Source: Octopus sinensis (lineage: Eukaryota). Taken from it: a stretch of DNA of 64,000 nucleotides. The position numbers were made by a program, and so were the translations under genes. The number at the start of each line of letters is the position of its first letter. Position 1 is the first letter of the stretch. The stretch lies in assembly GCF_006345805.1 (NCBI RefSeq), contig NC_043003.1, forward strand, positions 28,582,001 through 28,646,000, written 5' to 3'. Of this stretch, positions 1 through 13,796 are shown one piece after another. Under the pieces are notes generated by a model, which was given only the letters and a program-made list of their open reading frames with translations, made no database searches and had not been told where the DNA came from.

Positions 1-230
1 TCTAGCTCCATACAAACTTTGTAGATGAAAGAACTGGCAACTTTTAAAACCACAATAACAGCATGCCTCTTCATTTCTTGAGTAAACTGAGCGTCTCACA
101 TTATTATTTTCTGAAACAAAGATTATACAGAATTAGCAAAAAATGCAGCAATGACCCCAAAAAGATATGTCCTCAAATACCTAACTCACCCTGTATATAT
201 ATGTGTGTGCGTGTGTGTGTGTGTGTGTGC

Positions 231-344
231 GCGCAGGAGTGGCAGTGTGGTAAGTAGCTTGCTTCCCAACTACATGCGTCAGGATTCAGTCTCACTGCGT
301 TGCACCTTGGGCAAGTGTCTTCTACTATATCTTCAGGCCAGCCA
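231..344 (+). mobile_element. SINE family A (tRNA head + CORE-like domain), 5' fragment
   Basis: Head GGAGTGGCAGTGTGGTAAG and CORE-like GCACCTTGGGCAAGTGTCTTCTACTAT; matches other copies in the window. Confidence 0.8.
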
Positions 345-1204
345 ACTATATCTAAGCAAATGATGTTCCCAAAATGCATTATCAACACTATAACATATTC
401 AGAACACTTTCAAAATATTATCTCCGATCTCTTTGAGTATGTAAAAGACAAATTTAGGTGGAGAAAAATGGGTAAGAAAAGATGAGATTTTCCTGTTCAA
501 TTCTGTAGGATTGCATTTGAAAAAGGACTCATACACATCAATATCCATCTCGAAACAGAAAGATCAGAAATGCGACAAATATTTGAAATATGTAGGTCAA
601 ATGGAAAGAAATGTGGAAAAATGGCACATGATGTGAAATTAACGTAACTCAAAACTAAATCTAAAAACACAATATAAAATATTATCTGTAGATTCTTCAC
701 CATCTTCCGGAGTGGCTCTCTTCCTGAAATATCCACACACCATGCAATTAAAGAGAGGAAATTATTGAAACTAGACTCTGCTCATTTTGCCACACTTTAG
801 ACATCATTTTTTTGAAAATTGAAATTATCAAATAAGACATTAGTGTAGGGAAAAAAAATTGACTAAGAATCTAACCGAGAAAATAATATTGAGTGTTGAA
901 CATCAGATATTCTCCAGACATTTTATTAGCAGCCTAGATTACAATTGGGTCTATGATGAGAAAAAATTTCTTGAAAAACGAAAGTACCTGACACCTGACT
1001 ATGTTTCAAATTCTCAACTTCAACAACAACGGTGCTGACCAGTTTTAACTCCAAAAGATGATGCAAGAGTACAAAATGATGATGCAATACTTGCAATGTA
1101 ATGATTTCAAATATGCAGTGAGAAAATAACGGGAAATCGGAAATTACATATTTTGCTGCAGTTACCAATTTTGTCCCCTCACGCCTCTTTTTTATTTACT
1201 GTTG

Positions 1205-1600
1205 ATGGAATGCTTAGCGGCGTTTCGTCCGTTATTATGTTCTGAGTTCAAATGCGACCGTGGCAGACTTTGCCTTGCATCCCTTCGAGGTCTATAAAAT
1301 AATGTACCAGTTAAGATCTGAGATAGAAAATATTAACTAACTCTTCCCTACAACATTCCTGATCCTGTACCAAATTTTGAAACCGTTAAGGACGATGAGC
1401 GGGCAAAATGGTGTTGCCAGAAAATATATGTTTTGTGATATTTGTTCCGGCTCTTTACATTCTGTGTTCAAGTTCTGCTGGGGTCAACCTTGCGTTTTAT
1501 CCTTTCGTAGGATCAACTGAATATAGTACCAAGGACCGGGGTTGATTTAATCGACTAATACCCTCCCCACAATACTGTTGGCCTTGTGCTTCAATCAGAA
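1205..1600 (+). mobile_element. Two degenerate head-to-tail SINE family B copies
   Basis: Each has TTCTGAGTTCAAAT...CTTTGCCTT(T)CATCC(T)TTCG...AAAATAA.GTACCA motifs of family B. Confidence 0.65.
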
Positions 1601-1654
1601 ACTAATATCATTGTCGTTGATATTGTAGTGATTGTGGATAACAAGTAGCTTATC

Positions 1655-1995
1655 TACTGGTACTTATTTTATCGACCCCGAAATGAAGAAAGGCAAAATT
1701 TGCCTCGGCATAATTTGAAGTCAGAACGTAAAGATGAACGAAATACCGCTAAGCATTTCGCCCAGCGAATTCTTATTTCTATACTGCCCACAAGGGGCTA
1801 CACACAGACGGGACAAACAAACGGATTAAGTCGATTATATCGACCCCAGTGCGTAACTGGTACTTATTTAATCGACCCCGAAAGGATAAAAGGCAAAGTC
1901 GACCTCGGCGGAATTTGAACTCAGAACATAGCGGAAGACGAAATACCGCTAAGCATTTCGCCCGGCGTGCTAACGATTCTGCCAACCTACCACCT
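1655..1995 (-). mobile_element. SINE family B (tRNA head + Meta/MESC-like central domain): full copy 1770-1995 plus partial copy 1655-1767
   Basis: Reverse complement gives GGCAGAATCGTTAGCACGCCGGGCGAAATGCTTAGCGG...GAGTTCAAATTCCGCCGAGGTCGACTTTGCCTTTTATCCTTTCGGGGTCGAT; near-identical to 17653-17882 and 24795-25031. Confidence 0.9.
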
Positions 1996-2080
1996 TTCAG
2001 CATATAATATTACATTTGAATTTGTATTGTTTTCAAAGTCAATATAGATGCAGGCGTGGCACTGTTTTTAAAGTCAATAT

Positions 2081-2488
2081 AGGTGCAGGCGTGGCTGTGT
2101 GGTAAGAAGCTTGCTACCCAACCACATGGTTCCGAGTTCAGTCACTGCATAGCACTTTGGGCAAGTGTCTTCTACTATAGCCCCAGCCCGACCAAAACCT
2201 TGTGAGTGGATTTGGTAGATAGAAAGTGAGAGAAGCCTGTCATATATATATGTATATATACTTATATATATGTATGTGAGTATGTGTCTTTGTGTTTGTC
2301 CCTCCCACCACTGCTTGACAATCGGTACTGGTATGCTTATGTCCCTGTAACTTAACGGTTCGGCAAAATAGACCGATACAATAAGTACTAGGCTTTAAAA
2401 AATCCTGAGGTCGATTTGTTCAGCTAAAACCCCTCACGGCGGTGCTCCAGCATTGCTGCAGCCAAAATAACTGAAACAAGTAAAAGAA
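2081..2488 (+). mobile_element. SINE family A, full length
   Basis: A-box-like TGGCTGTGTGG, B-box-like GAGTTCAGTC, CORE-like segment, internal TA/TG microsatellite, 3' GGCGGTGCTCCAGCAT...CTGAAACAAGTAAAAG. Confidence 0.9.
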
Positions 2489-3618
2489 TTGAAATAACAG
2501 ACAAAAATTCGAAAACGAAGAAAAAGAAGAGTTCTACAGTTGCACACACCAACTCCGCCTCTCCTTCACCCCCTTTTTTGCCCAATACCCATATCAAATT
2601 TTCCACAGCTCTCCAGGGTTTGAGAAGCACTGCTCTACCCTGTCACGTGGCATGCTAAAAATAGTAATCTAGGCTCTACTCACAATATTGGCTTACAACA
2701 ACAAAAGTAAAAAGAGAGAGAAACTAAAAATATAACATTACGCTGGGTAATTTAATGTATTCAAAGGTGGGGTACACAGTGGTTGAAAATCTAAGAGGGT
2801 GGTCACTGTTGGAATATTTTTGATCTCAATTTGATCACTAGGTTGCGCCTGGATTAAACAACTACAAATACAATGATTTCTTTTCTCTCTTTTACTCTTT
2901 ACTTGTTTCACTCATTAGACTGCGACCATGCTGGAGCTCAGTCAAACAAATTAACGCAAACAAACACAGATTTATGCATATATATTTTTTGACCATGTAG
3001 CAGCCCACGTGCTTTTCTTCACATTTTTCGTTTCTTCTTCCTTTTTCTTCTCTCTGGCTTTTCTACTTTTAACTTTCCATCTGAACTTTCACTGAGCGTT
3101 AGACTAATCTATTCACTGTGTACGTTCATTTGACTTTTGTTGTTCTTGTTTTTGTTGTTCTTGTGTTCTTGTTCTTGCTTTCGTGAAGTCGCCATTCGTC
3201 ACTGATTTGGCAATGCCATGTCTTTTACTGTTTATAATTTGTACTGTCGTTACTGTCCTGTTTTTGTTACCATTTTTTACCCTTCTGCAAAAAGATCTCA
3301 GAATTTTAATTGATTTGCTTTTCGCAGGAAGGAAAGTTCTTGTCGAAGATACGTCTCGCTTTTATCCTTCGAAACGTAGAGTAGATGAAACCATAGCGAC
3401 TGAAGAAGGGGTTTTTTCTTTGTGTTAATTGTCCTGTACTCTATTTTTTGCTGTTTTTAAGAAAATGTCCAGTTCCTTTGGTTTGTGTCTATGTTTTCGT
3501 TTCTCATTGTGTTCGATGTCCTTTTGGTGTCCTGTACTCATATATGCGTGTATATGTACATATAGAGGTAGGTACGTACATATATGTTTATATATATGCA
3601 TATGTTTTATTTTATTTA

Positions 3619-3667
<49 letters not shown>

Positions 3668-3676
3668 ATATATATA

Positions 3677-3737
<61 letters not shown>

Positions 3738-3738
<1 letters not shown>

Positions 3739-4106
3739 CTCTTTACTCTTTACCTTTTACTTTTTTCAGTCATTTGACTGCAGCACCGCCTTTAGTCGAG
3801 CAAATCGACCCCCAAGACTTATTCTTTGTAAGCCTAGTACTTATTCTATCGATCTCTTCTGCCGAACCACTAAGTTACGGGGAGGTAATCACACCACCAT
3901 CGGTTGTCAAACGATGTTGGGGGCACAAACAGAGACAAACAAACACATATACACATATACATACATACGACGGGTTTCTTTCAGTTTCTTTGGTCGGCCC
4001 GAGGCTATAGTTGAAGACACTTGCCCAAGGTGCCACGCAATGGGACTGAACCCGGAATCATGCGGTTGGTAAACAAGCTACGTACCACACAGCCACTCCT
4101 GCGCCT
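3738..4106 (-). mobile_element. SINE family A, near full length
   Basis: Reverse complement of family A from head AGGCGCAGGAGTGGCTGTGTGG to (GTAAAGA)n tail. Confidence 0.9.
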
Positions 4107-4120
4107 ATATATATATATAT

Positions 4121-4766
4121 ATACTAAGTAATTAAGGGTTTAGCAACGATTTGCCTCACCACACACCGAATTTAGAAATAGCAGTCAAAGAGTTATAGCT
4201 ATTCTTTCTACTAAAAGGGACATCTCAGTAAAACCACAGCACTTGAAAGGCAAACACAGACATGCAAGAGAGAAAGAAATGACGGCAATCTATCATACAA
4301 TTTTAAGTTACCTACGGACGTACGTTTCGAAATTAAGTTTTAGGAAAGCATAAGAATTAGATAATTATGTCTTACCCAACTTCTTTTCTCATCAGCGTAG
4401 GACACTACAATTATGAATAATTGTATATTAAATTTCGAGGTACTAGAAGGCATCATCTCAACTCAGTATCAGAGCGAGCTAAAGCCGTTACCAGTATCAC
4501 CAAATTCAAAGTGTGAATGAAAGTTTGTGTCACCAACCCCTTCCCACCAGCGTGCAGCTAAGACAAGATGTTGTGGTCATTTACTGGGATGAAATATGGT
4601 TATCAGTAATAATATAGGGTGAAATTAATTAATTTGGAATAATCATTCATTTCACTAAGTAGATTTCGGCATGTAAAAGCCTCATTCGAGGAAAGTTTAA
4701 GTAATACTAAGTAATTAAGGGTTTAGCAACGATTTGCCTCACCACACACCGAATTTAGAAATAGCA
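4121..4766 (-). mobile_element. Non-coding, terminally redundant hammerhead-bearing element (retrozyme-like / Penelope pLTR-like) in (TA)n
   Basis: Identical 63-bp direct repeats at 4121-4183 and 4704-4766 (period 583); (TA)n on both flanks; internal hammerhead at 4311-4401; no ORF. Confidence 0.75.
4311..4401 (-). ncRNA. Type I hammerhead ribozyme, canonical core
   Basis: Minus strand CCUACG-CUGAUGA-G...C-GAAAC-GUAC-GUC-CGUAGG: 6-bp stem I, long imperfect stem II, palindromic stem III ACGUACGU, GUC triplet. Confidence 0.85.
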
Positions 4767-5022
4767 ATATATATATATATACGTATATATATGTATATAC
4801 ACACATACACACATACATATATATATATATATATGGTAGCTGATGGGTAGATATGCTCAATACAGAAAACACGTTCGAAATCAAAATCCGAATTCTCTTT
4901 AAATGTATATATATGCACGCCTAGCTAGTGGGTTAACATCATTCGCAAGTTACAACAATACAATAAAGCACACTGCAATCTGCGGTGTACAGCAACATCT
5001 CATAGTTTGGTTGACACTGTGA

Positions 5023-5103
<81 letters not shown>

Positions 5104-5617
5104 CTTGCTATTGTTTTTTTTGGGACTAGACGTTTACCGGGCTGGACGTCATTTTTCTTGGCTCCCGTCATTTTTCTTCTACTATTTTCTTCTCATCCAA
5201 TTATTCTATTTCATTGAAAAAAATTCTCTCACGCGTTACCCGTTACAATCCGTCTTTGCCTAACGGCCCTTAATGTATATTTTCGTCGATTGTTTACTTT
5301 GTACGTTCACTCTATCGTTGTTTGTTCGTTCGAAGCTCTAACTCTCCATAAATTTTATATTATCAAACTTTCTGGATGCTGCTGTCTTAAGAAGTTTCCC
5401 TATACTGTCGTTAAAAGCACGAAATAAGAGTAATAAACAATCCAACAAATGATGAGGAGTTATCTTTTTTTGGTACATTATCCTGTAATTTTTTCTCGTG
5501 TGTTTACGTATTTTTCACTCGTTGGTGCTATACAATGTGTATTTTTTAAATTTTATATGTATATGATAGATAGATAGATTTATATATTGCTAAACCTCGC
5601 TAAGATAAATATTTCAA

Positions 5618-5688
5618 TTACCTGAAGATTGACTGTAACCATAACTCGAATTATTACGAATTGTACAGCTATGAAACGATCGTAGTGT
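5618..5688 (+). ncRNA. Type I hammerhead-like motif
   Basis: UUAC-CUGAAGA-(CUGUA...UACAG stem II)-GAAAC-GAUC-GUA-GUG; palindromic stem III ACGAUCGU; stem I only about 3 bp. Confidence 0.6.
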
Positions 5689-5823
5689 TTTTCTCTTTAT
5701 CTTTTATTAAACTTTTAATACTTTTGATATATATTTAAAATAATATAAATTAATTAATTTTATGTATTGGCTTATGTTTTTCAATGTTTGATTTGCCTAA
5801 TAGTGGTTTTATCTCTAATTTTA

Positions 5824-5871
<48 letters not shown>

Positions 5872-5895
5872 TTTACTGTGTGTGTGAGAGAGTGT

Positions 5896-5942
<47 letters not shown>

Positions 5943-6149
5943 ACTGGCCACTTTTAGTCTTTTTCAGCCAAATGCGCTCACTAGGTTTTGGTCGACCTCG
6001 GGTGATAGCAGAAGATATTTGACCAAGGTAATATGTGGTGGAACTGAAACCAAGACCACATAGTTGTGAGGTAAGATTCTTAACTACTCAGCAGTGTATG
6101 TGCATATATACACGCATGTTTCATATATATATTTACACAATACACACAT

Positions 6150-6180
<31 letters not shown>

Positions 6181-6264
6181 CATTCATACATACATACGTA
6201 CATACATACATACATACATACATACATACATACATACATACATACACATATATATATATATATA

Positions 6265-6671
6265 TTCTCTTTTCTCTCTTTTACTTGTTTCAGTCATTTG
6301 ACTACGGCCATGCTGGAACACCGCCTTTAGTCGAACAAATCGACCCCAGGACTTATTCTTTGTAAACCTAGTACTTATTCTATCGTACCCTTTGCCGAAC
6401 AGCTAAGTTATGGGGACGTAAACACACCAGCATGGGTTGTCAAGCGATGTCGCGGGTGGGGGACAAACATACATACATACATACACAAACGCACATATAT
6501 ATATACATATATACGACGGGCTTCTTTTCAGTTTCCGTCTACTAAATCCACTCACAAGGCTTTGGTTGGCCCGAGGAAATAGTAGACGACACTTGCCCAA
6601 GTTGCCGCGCAGTGGGACTGAACCCTAAACCACGTGGTTGGTAAGCAAACTACTTACCACACAGCCACTCC
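6265..6671 (-). mobile_element. SINE family A, full length
   Basis: Reverse complement of family A including tail CAGCATGGCCGTAGTCAAATGACTGAAACAAGTAAAAG. Confidence 0.9.
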
Positions 6672-7842
6672 ATACACACATACATACATATTTATTTGTA
6701 TGGGACTACTTTGATCAATAATTAGAAAAGGAAAAATATTGAACGGTGACATGGATTCTCTTTGATCATAGATCTGCTCAATCCAGGCTGACCTGGGGTA
6801 AACAACAACAACAACGACAATAACAAGAACTGTTTTTATTTAACCTTAAAAATCAAACACAATATTATTACAAGTTAATATTTGTTTTTCTGGTTGTACT
6901 CTCTCTCCTTCTAAAATATAGATCAGTTTGTATAAACGCCATATGGAAAATAATAGCTTATATTTCATTCGCCTATATTATGATATGCGCCATATTGGTC
7001 CTTATTTACCATTTATCATATTCCTTGTTATGTTTCAACAAACTGCCTTGTCAAGACGAGGTTTTATTTTCAGTTGAAATATAGTTTTTATAACATCTGC
7101 GTTTGATTATTTCGCAAGAGAAGAACCATTTCCAAGGATCGTATTTTTCAGAATATGTCAGCTGGCTGTTACTTTCTATTGTTTATGATTCCTTTTATTT
7201 CTCTTTTCCCTTCTTTTTTTTCTTTTTCGTTCAAAATTTTTTTTTATTGATTTTATACAACTAGGATGTTGTATGTCAAGTAATAAAATAAGTTCTCAGG
7301 GAGCGGATGCCGCAACGCCTTTTCGATTCCCTTCACGGTGCGATTAATAACCTTGAGCAAATAAATATCTTTTACCATATATTCAAATACGAAGTCACGA
7401 GGTTCTACTTGCTCATATGTGGTAAACTTATTTCTCCCCACCCATAACACCTCTTGGTCCATCGATTACTTTAGTAGGGGCTGCTTTGTCGTAAGCATTT
7501 GGGTAAGATCTATATTTTGAGGATGCCCCCTATAACCCTTCGGTCACAGGATCCCCGAAAAAGTTCATAGGCACCGCCCTTTTCCTTATGGTCATAAAAA
7601 TAATTTTGAAAGTGATATTCGTTTTGAGCCAATGAAGGAGCCTCTACCTAATTGTTGAATCTGCTAAAAATAGAAACCAAATCACACTGGTGTCACAAGC
7701 TAATGTCTTTAAAACGGACATTGTAAATGATATTGTTTGGGGTTCAAAAAGGAAGAAAGAAACAGATCAGAGCGCTGTAGTGTGACGTACATTGATCATA
7801 GGTCAGCTCGTTCAAAGTGTTTATTGGGGCTAAACAGCCACA

Positions 7843-8065
7843 ACAGTAGCAGCAGCAGCAGGGACGGCGGTGGTGGCAGGTACCAGAGGCAGGTACCAGC
7901 GGCAGTAGCAGTTGCGGCAGCGGTGACAGCATTGGCAGCAGCAGCAGCGGCGGTGGCAGCAGAGGCGGCAGCAGCAGCGGCGTCGGTAGCTGCATCGGCG
8001 GCAACAGTAGCAGCGGCGGCAGCGGCTTCAGCAATAGCCACTACAACGACGACGACGACAGTAAC
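7843..8065. repeat. GC-rich degenerate (GCA/GCG)n trinucleotide tract, followed by (AAAG)n at 8087-8205
   Basis: Direct reading of the sequence. Confidence 0.85.
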
Positions 8066-8085
8066 TGCAATGTAGTTCGGAGTAT

Positions 8086-8169
<84 letters not shown>

Positions 8170-8771
8170 ATGAAAGAAAGGAAGAAGGGAAAAGAAAGAA
8201 AGAAATAGGTTGTCATGATATGATATACATTGACCATAAATCTGTTTGTTCACAGCAGACTTGCGGCTAAACAATAGCTACTGCAACAACGACAACGACG
8301 ACAACGACTACGGCGACGGCGACGGTGATGGCGGCGGCGTCGACGACGACGACAACGTCAACAACAACATGACTTATCTGTCCTCCACATCAAATACGCT
8401 CTGGCTTAATTTAGGTGTACCGTGCTAGCAATTCCGTAAAAAGGAGGATGATATCTTGCTATAAATGGCTAACAACGACTAGAAATTTCAAGATTTTTAT
8501 AACATGTCTAAAAAAAATATATAAAATGTATATATTTTGTACACCTTCTTTACTCTAGGATTTGAATTTTAAACTTCCATAATCACTGCGACTCAGTTAA
8601 ATCTGGAGAGGATTGTCTCTCCTCTGGTACCTGACCACAGGAGGATACTACGTGTTTAAGGTCATATAATGTTCGTTACTTTAAAAAAAAAAAGAAACTA
8701 AAAAAAGGTGAAATGAGGCGTTTTGTTTAAGAACTCAATGCATCACCCTGTCCACGAAAGCAAACTAAAAT

Positions 8772-8975
8772 CTTCTTTTATTCTTTTACTCGTTTCAGTC
8801 ATTTGACTGCCAACCATGTTGGAGCACCGCCTTTAGTGGAACAAATCGACTCCAGGGCTTATTCTTTGTAAGCTATATTGGCCTTTTTTGCCGAAACGTT
8901 AAGTTACGGGGACGTAAACACACCAACATCGGTTGTCAAGCGATGGTGGGGGTGGGACAAACACACAAATACACA

Positions 8976-9017
<42 letters not shown>

Positions 9018-9220
9018 TATATATATATATATATATGACGGGCTTCTTTCAGTTTCCGTCTACCAAATCCATCCACTCACAAGGCTTCGGTCGGCCCGAG
9101 GCTACAGTAGAAGACACTTGCCCAAGTTGCCACGCAGTGGGACTGAACTCAGAACCATGTGGTTGGGAGTTTCTTACCACACTATGTGGTTGGGAGCTTC
9201 TTACCACACAACCACACCTG
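8772..9220 (-). mobile_element. SINE family A with a small internal duplication near the head
   Basis: Family A similarity; ATGTGGTTGGGAG.TTCTTACCACAC occurs twice at about 9157-9209. Confidence 0.85.
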
Positions 9221-9439
9221 CAATAGAATAAGTACCAGAGTGCAACAACCTTATCACTAAGCCGCGTGCCTCTAAGATCAAGTTTCACAGACGCCAACTT
9301 TGTCATTTGTTCTTCCAGTGGTCGATAAAATAAAATGTTAGTCGAGAACTGAGGTCGATAATATTGACTAAACCCAGCCTTGTGCCTAAAATGGAAACAC
9401 TCAAACGCGCACGGACACACACAGAATCCTGGGGCTAAC

Positions 9440-9595
9440 AAGCAGCTTTAGGGAAGGGTTAAGTCGATTACATCGATCCCAGTGAAAGGTTGAAAGACAA
9501 AGTCTGCCTCGGCGGAATTTGAACTCAGAACGTAAAGACGAACGAAATGCCGCTGAGCATTTTGCCCAGCATGATAACGATTCCGTCAGCACAAC
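9440..9595 (-). mobile_element. SINE family B, partial
   Basis: CCTCGGCGGAATTTGAACTCAGAACGTAAAGACG...GCATTTTGCCCAGC matches family B reverse complement. Confidence 0.75.
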
Positions 9596-10364
9596 GCCTG
9601 AGATGGCCATGGTTGGAATACCCGTGATCTTCGACGTGTTCAATCACGCTAAGCAGTAGCGGTACCACCACCTCCACCACTAAGAACAAGTACATTAATC
9701 AATTATTCATTCACAGTTCGAAAATGATTCGAGATCATGGTCCAATTTTTAAAAACATATTTTTAGGCTGAGGCATGGCCTTTTAGTAAGAAGTCCCAGG
9801 TTCAGTACCAGTACGTCTCACCTCGGGCTACTTGAGTGAATATCTTCTACTATAGCCTCGAGCCGATCAAAGCCGAAAGCGCTAAAGCAAATAAAAACCC
9901 TAACTCCTAATCTACTGCGAAAAGTACATCAATCAGAAATTTCCGTGTTACTAAATCCCTTTTTGGCCTATATGTTGGTTTCTTTTTCCAAAAGCTTTGT
10001 TTATATAATCCAAAATGGCGTCTGTTGTTTATCGAAATGGCAATATATGAAAGATTTAATAAAAACTCACAGCTGATGAATCAACTAGAAAGCCACCGAA
10101 TGGAAGCTCAACCTGTTTAAAATAGCAGCCAAAATGATTTGATAGCGTCAGATGTATATAGACCTTATACCGTTTATTTGTTTCAGTCATTCAATTGCAG
10201 TCATGTTGGGGCCCGGTCTTGAAGGGTTTTAAAGTTTGGTACTCATTCTATCGACCCCTTTTTGCTGAACCACTTTGTTTACGGGGACGTAAACAAACTA
10301 ACATCGATTGTTAAGCAGTGGTGGGAGAATACACAAAACACATGCACGCACACGCAGAGAGAGA

Positions 10365-10428
<64 letters not shown>

Positions 10429-10439
10429 CCGTCAACCAA

Positions 10440-10802
10440 ACTATAGTGGAACTGAAAAGACTGTAGTGGAGTTTCAAGGTTAAAAGCTACAGAACAGCGT
10501 AAAGTTGGTGGAGCTTAAAATCTGTAAAGGAGTTTAAAAATTGTAGAGAAGTTTAAAAACTATAGCGCCTACAGAGGAGATTAAGGAATATAATGGGGCG
10601 TGGTGGGGAACTGAAAAGTCCCTAGCTTTGGGTTGAAGGAAATACAGGATTTCATTCAACATATTCCCCTCTCAAATTCACAGACTTCTTGCAGCGGTCC
10701 TTCAGATTTTTTAAGCCCTGTAAAAAAACTCGGAATGTTGGGCCTCCTACCAAGCCTTTCGCGACATCCTTAAAGCCAGAACTTTTCAGCACCTCTCGGG
10801 TA

Positions 10803-10896
<94 letters not shown>

Positions 10897-11300
10897 GATG
10901 CACATACATCTATATTCCGCCTTTCGCGATACCTTTAAAGCCAGGATCTTTTCAGCTTAAAAGCTATTGTGAAGCGGAAGAGCTATAGTTAAGGTTAAAA
11001 ACTATGGAGCTACGGAGAAGCTTAAAAACTATAGCAACACTTGAAACTATAGAGGAGGTTAAAAACTATAGAGATATAGAGAAACTCCAAAAATATGATG
11101 GTATTTAAAGTCTACAAAGGAGCTTAAAACTTTAGTGGTGGTTAAAATCTCAAGTGGGTCTTGGCGCTTAAAATCTATAGAGGAGCTTATAACTGTACTG
11201 GAGGTCAAAACCGGTAGCAGAGCTTGGTAGTCAAAAACTACAGTAGAGGTTTAAATATATAGTGGACTTTAAAAGTCTATATGTAATTTGAAAACTATGC
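10440..11300. repeat. Degenerate ~21-bp minisatellite (AAAACTATAG.GGAG.TT-like) with a central interruption
   Basis: Recurrent TTAAAAACTATAG / GGAGCTTAAAA words at 10440-10600 and 10950-11300. Confidence 0.6.
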
Positions 11301-11599
11301 TTAGCTTGCATAAAATCTTATGCAGCAACAAAACGAGACCAAGTTCTTGATTTCAAAAACTTAATAAATATATGAAATGTATGCCAATGGAAAATATCCA
11401 CTTACACCATATTTCGTTCTTCAAATTTCAGTTTCTCCCTACAATGTTTCTCCTTGAAATTAGAAGGAAATGTCAAGCCAGAATTCCTTATGGAGGGTGA
11501 TTGAGGAAGAGATGGATGGATGGATGGATAGATAGATAGACTGAGAGAAAGAGAGAGTTGGGTGGAAACTGTATATATAATAATATATATATATATATA

Positions 11600-11653
<54 letters not shown>

Positions 11654-11832
11654 ATATACACACCACGTATATATATGTATATGTGTGTATATATATGTAC
11701 GTATATATATATATATGCATATATGTACATATGTATATGTATATATATATGTAAATATATACATATCTATTTGTATATAAATATCTCTCTCTCTATATAT
11801 ATTATATATACACACCTATGAATTGGATTATG

Positions 11833-11903
<71 letters not shown>

Positions 11904-12659
11904 AGGGAGAAAGAAAGATGTAAAACAAGGAAAAGAAGGCAGAGGGGTCGATAGAAGTGGTGGTGTGCAGGAAACCTACGAGCAGCAAATTAACCGACAG
12001 ACTGACTACAGACATACAGACAGACAGGAAGAAATCAACAAAATTTAAGAATCAGCACTTTCGAAAGCTAATGGGTTGAGTGTAAATTCATATTTGGGTC
12101 AAATTGTAATTACCAAAATAAGTAAGTAAATAAATAAATTACTAAAGAAATAATAATAAATACAAATAAAATATGAGAAATAAAAGAAACTGTTGAAGAT
12201 TTAGGTCATGTATCTGTGGAAATGGTTATTTCTATATAAAATATAGCTAGAACCCACACATAGTGGCTCGTTTTAATATATGGCACATTGGCGGAGGGTG
12301 GGGGTGCCGGAAGGTTTTACGGCTCTAGGGGCCATATGTCAATCTATGTATGCCGTGACTTGCTGTCAATAAATAAATGGTATAGGTCTCGGTGTGTTCG
12401 TGTTACTCGGGTGGCGGGGGTATCGGGATTTTTTTCCTGGGTGTTTTGTTGTGTAGGTTTTGCTGTGTGTGTTGTTTGTTTTTGGTGGTGGTTGTGGTGC
12501 CGGTGGTATTGGTGGTGGAATGGTAGGTATAATGTTATTTAATCATTGAGCTTATATATGTTTATTCATATAATATACACATACACAAGCATACATGTAC
12601 ATACATACATACATATACATATAGATGCAACCATAGAAACTTAGATATATACATACACG

Positions 12660-12814
12660 CAGAAACATACATGCATGCATCTCCTATGTTTCCGACGAAG
12701 AGCTCCGCTCGAAACGTCATACTCTCCTTCCCTTTTTTCCTGAGCGCCTAATAATACTTTAATTGTTCCACCTCCTTGCGTTGTTGTCTTTTTTTGTTTT
12801 CTGTTTGGATTAAC

Positions 12815-12818
<4 letters not shown>
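12660..12818 (+). mobile_element. Penelope-like pLTR fragment with variant hammerhead (CCGACGA core, 12688-12722)
   Basis: CCGACGA-A-GAGC-UCC-GCUC-GAAAC-GUC followed by TTCCTGAGCGCC..TAATAC shared with 17413-17612. Confidence 0.55.
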
Positions 12819-12846
<28 letters not shown>

Positions 12847-13534
12847 CATACATACATACATACATACATAAACAATTAATAAACAATTTTCCTTGTAATA
12901 AACAATTTTCTAATAAACTCTAATAAACAATTTTCCTTGTATTGGAAATTTTCATCAAGATCATTTCCCTATGATAAAGAGAAATCCTTCTGCCCTTTTT
13001 GTACGGACGAACAACTATTTATCCTCTTTTTCACGCACACACTGGTCAACATCAAGAACATGTTTATAGGTGTTTACATTGGAAACACACTCAGCTATTT
13101 CAAATAATATCTACCACCTTACCTAATAATATCTGCAACTTAATCTTTATTCTTTCTTCCCATACCTCCTATTCTTTCCTTCATCTTTTCTATCCAGCTA
13201 TCATTTACTCTCCATTTGTTTATACCTATATCTCTCCTTTAATTCTCTTTCTCTCATTTTCTCTTCCTTCTCTTCTTACGTCGTCCTACGACGTCAAATT
13301 TCATAACGGTATTTTAAAAATTACTAACGTTCCTTATCCAACTTTGTTTTCCATATATGTATATATGTGTATGTATGTATGTGTTGTGTATGTATGTACG
13401 TATGTATGCATATAGGTATGTATATATTATGTATGCACATATGTGTGCTTGTATGTATGTATGCATGTAGTATATATGTATATGTATGTATATGTATATA
13501 TGTGTGTGTTGTGTGGTGAATGTGTGAATTTATT

Positions 13535-13576
<42 letters not shown>

Positions 13577-13628
13577 TATATTGAAGTTTCTTACATCTGT
13601 TAAAATGACTTATTGATGAGCACTGTTG

Positions 13629-13727
13629 TTTATATCCCCCTTGATGGGATTGATGCATTTTTCCACATTATTTTTTCTCACGGAATTATTTCAATGCATC
13701 TATCGAAACATATGTCGGTGATATAAA
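13629..13727 (+). ncRNA. Degenerate type I hammerhead-like motif in a (TA)n-flanked insert
   Basis: Stem I UUUAUAUC.CC / GG.GAUAUAAA, stem II GAUGCAUU...AAUGCAUC, GAAAC-AUAU-GUC; the CUGANGA box is mutated (CUUGAUGG). Confidence 0.5.
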
Positions 13728-13732
13728 TGATT

Positions 13733-13780
<48 letters not shown>

Positions 13781-13796
13781 ATACATACTTATATAT

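Noticed and set aside
345-1170. Possible degraded DNA transposase coding sequence
   Set aside because: Stops in all frames and no motif I can assign with confidence; needs BLASTx
7253-7462. 69-aa minus-strand ORF (QEVLWVGRNK...) resembling an L1/Tx1 ORF2 tail or an exon
   Set aside because: Only a few suggestive residues; no supporting RT context or splice evidence
7737-8075. Poly-Ala ORF resembling a transcription-factor exon
   Set aside because: Trinucleotide microsatellite open in several frames on both strands and flanked by other simple repeats; no domain
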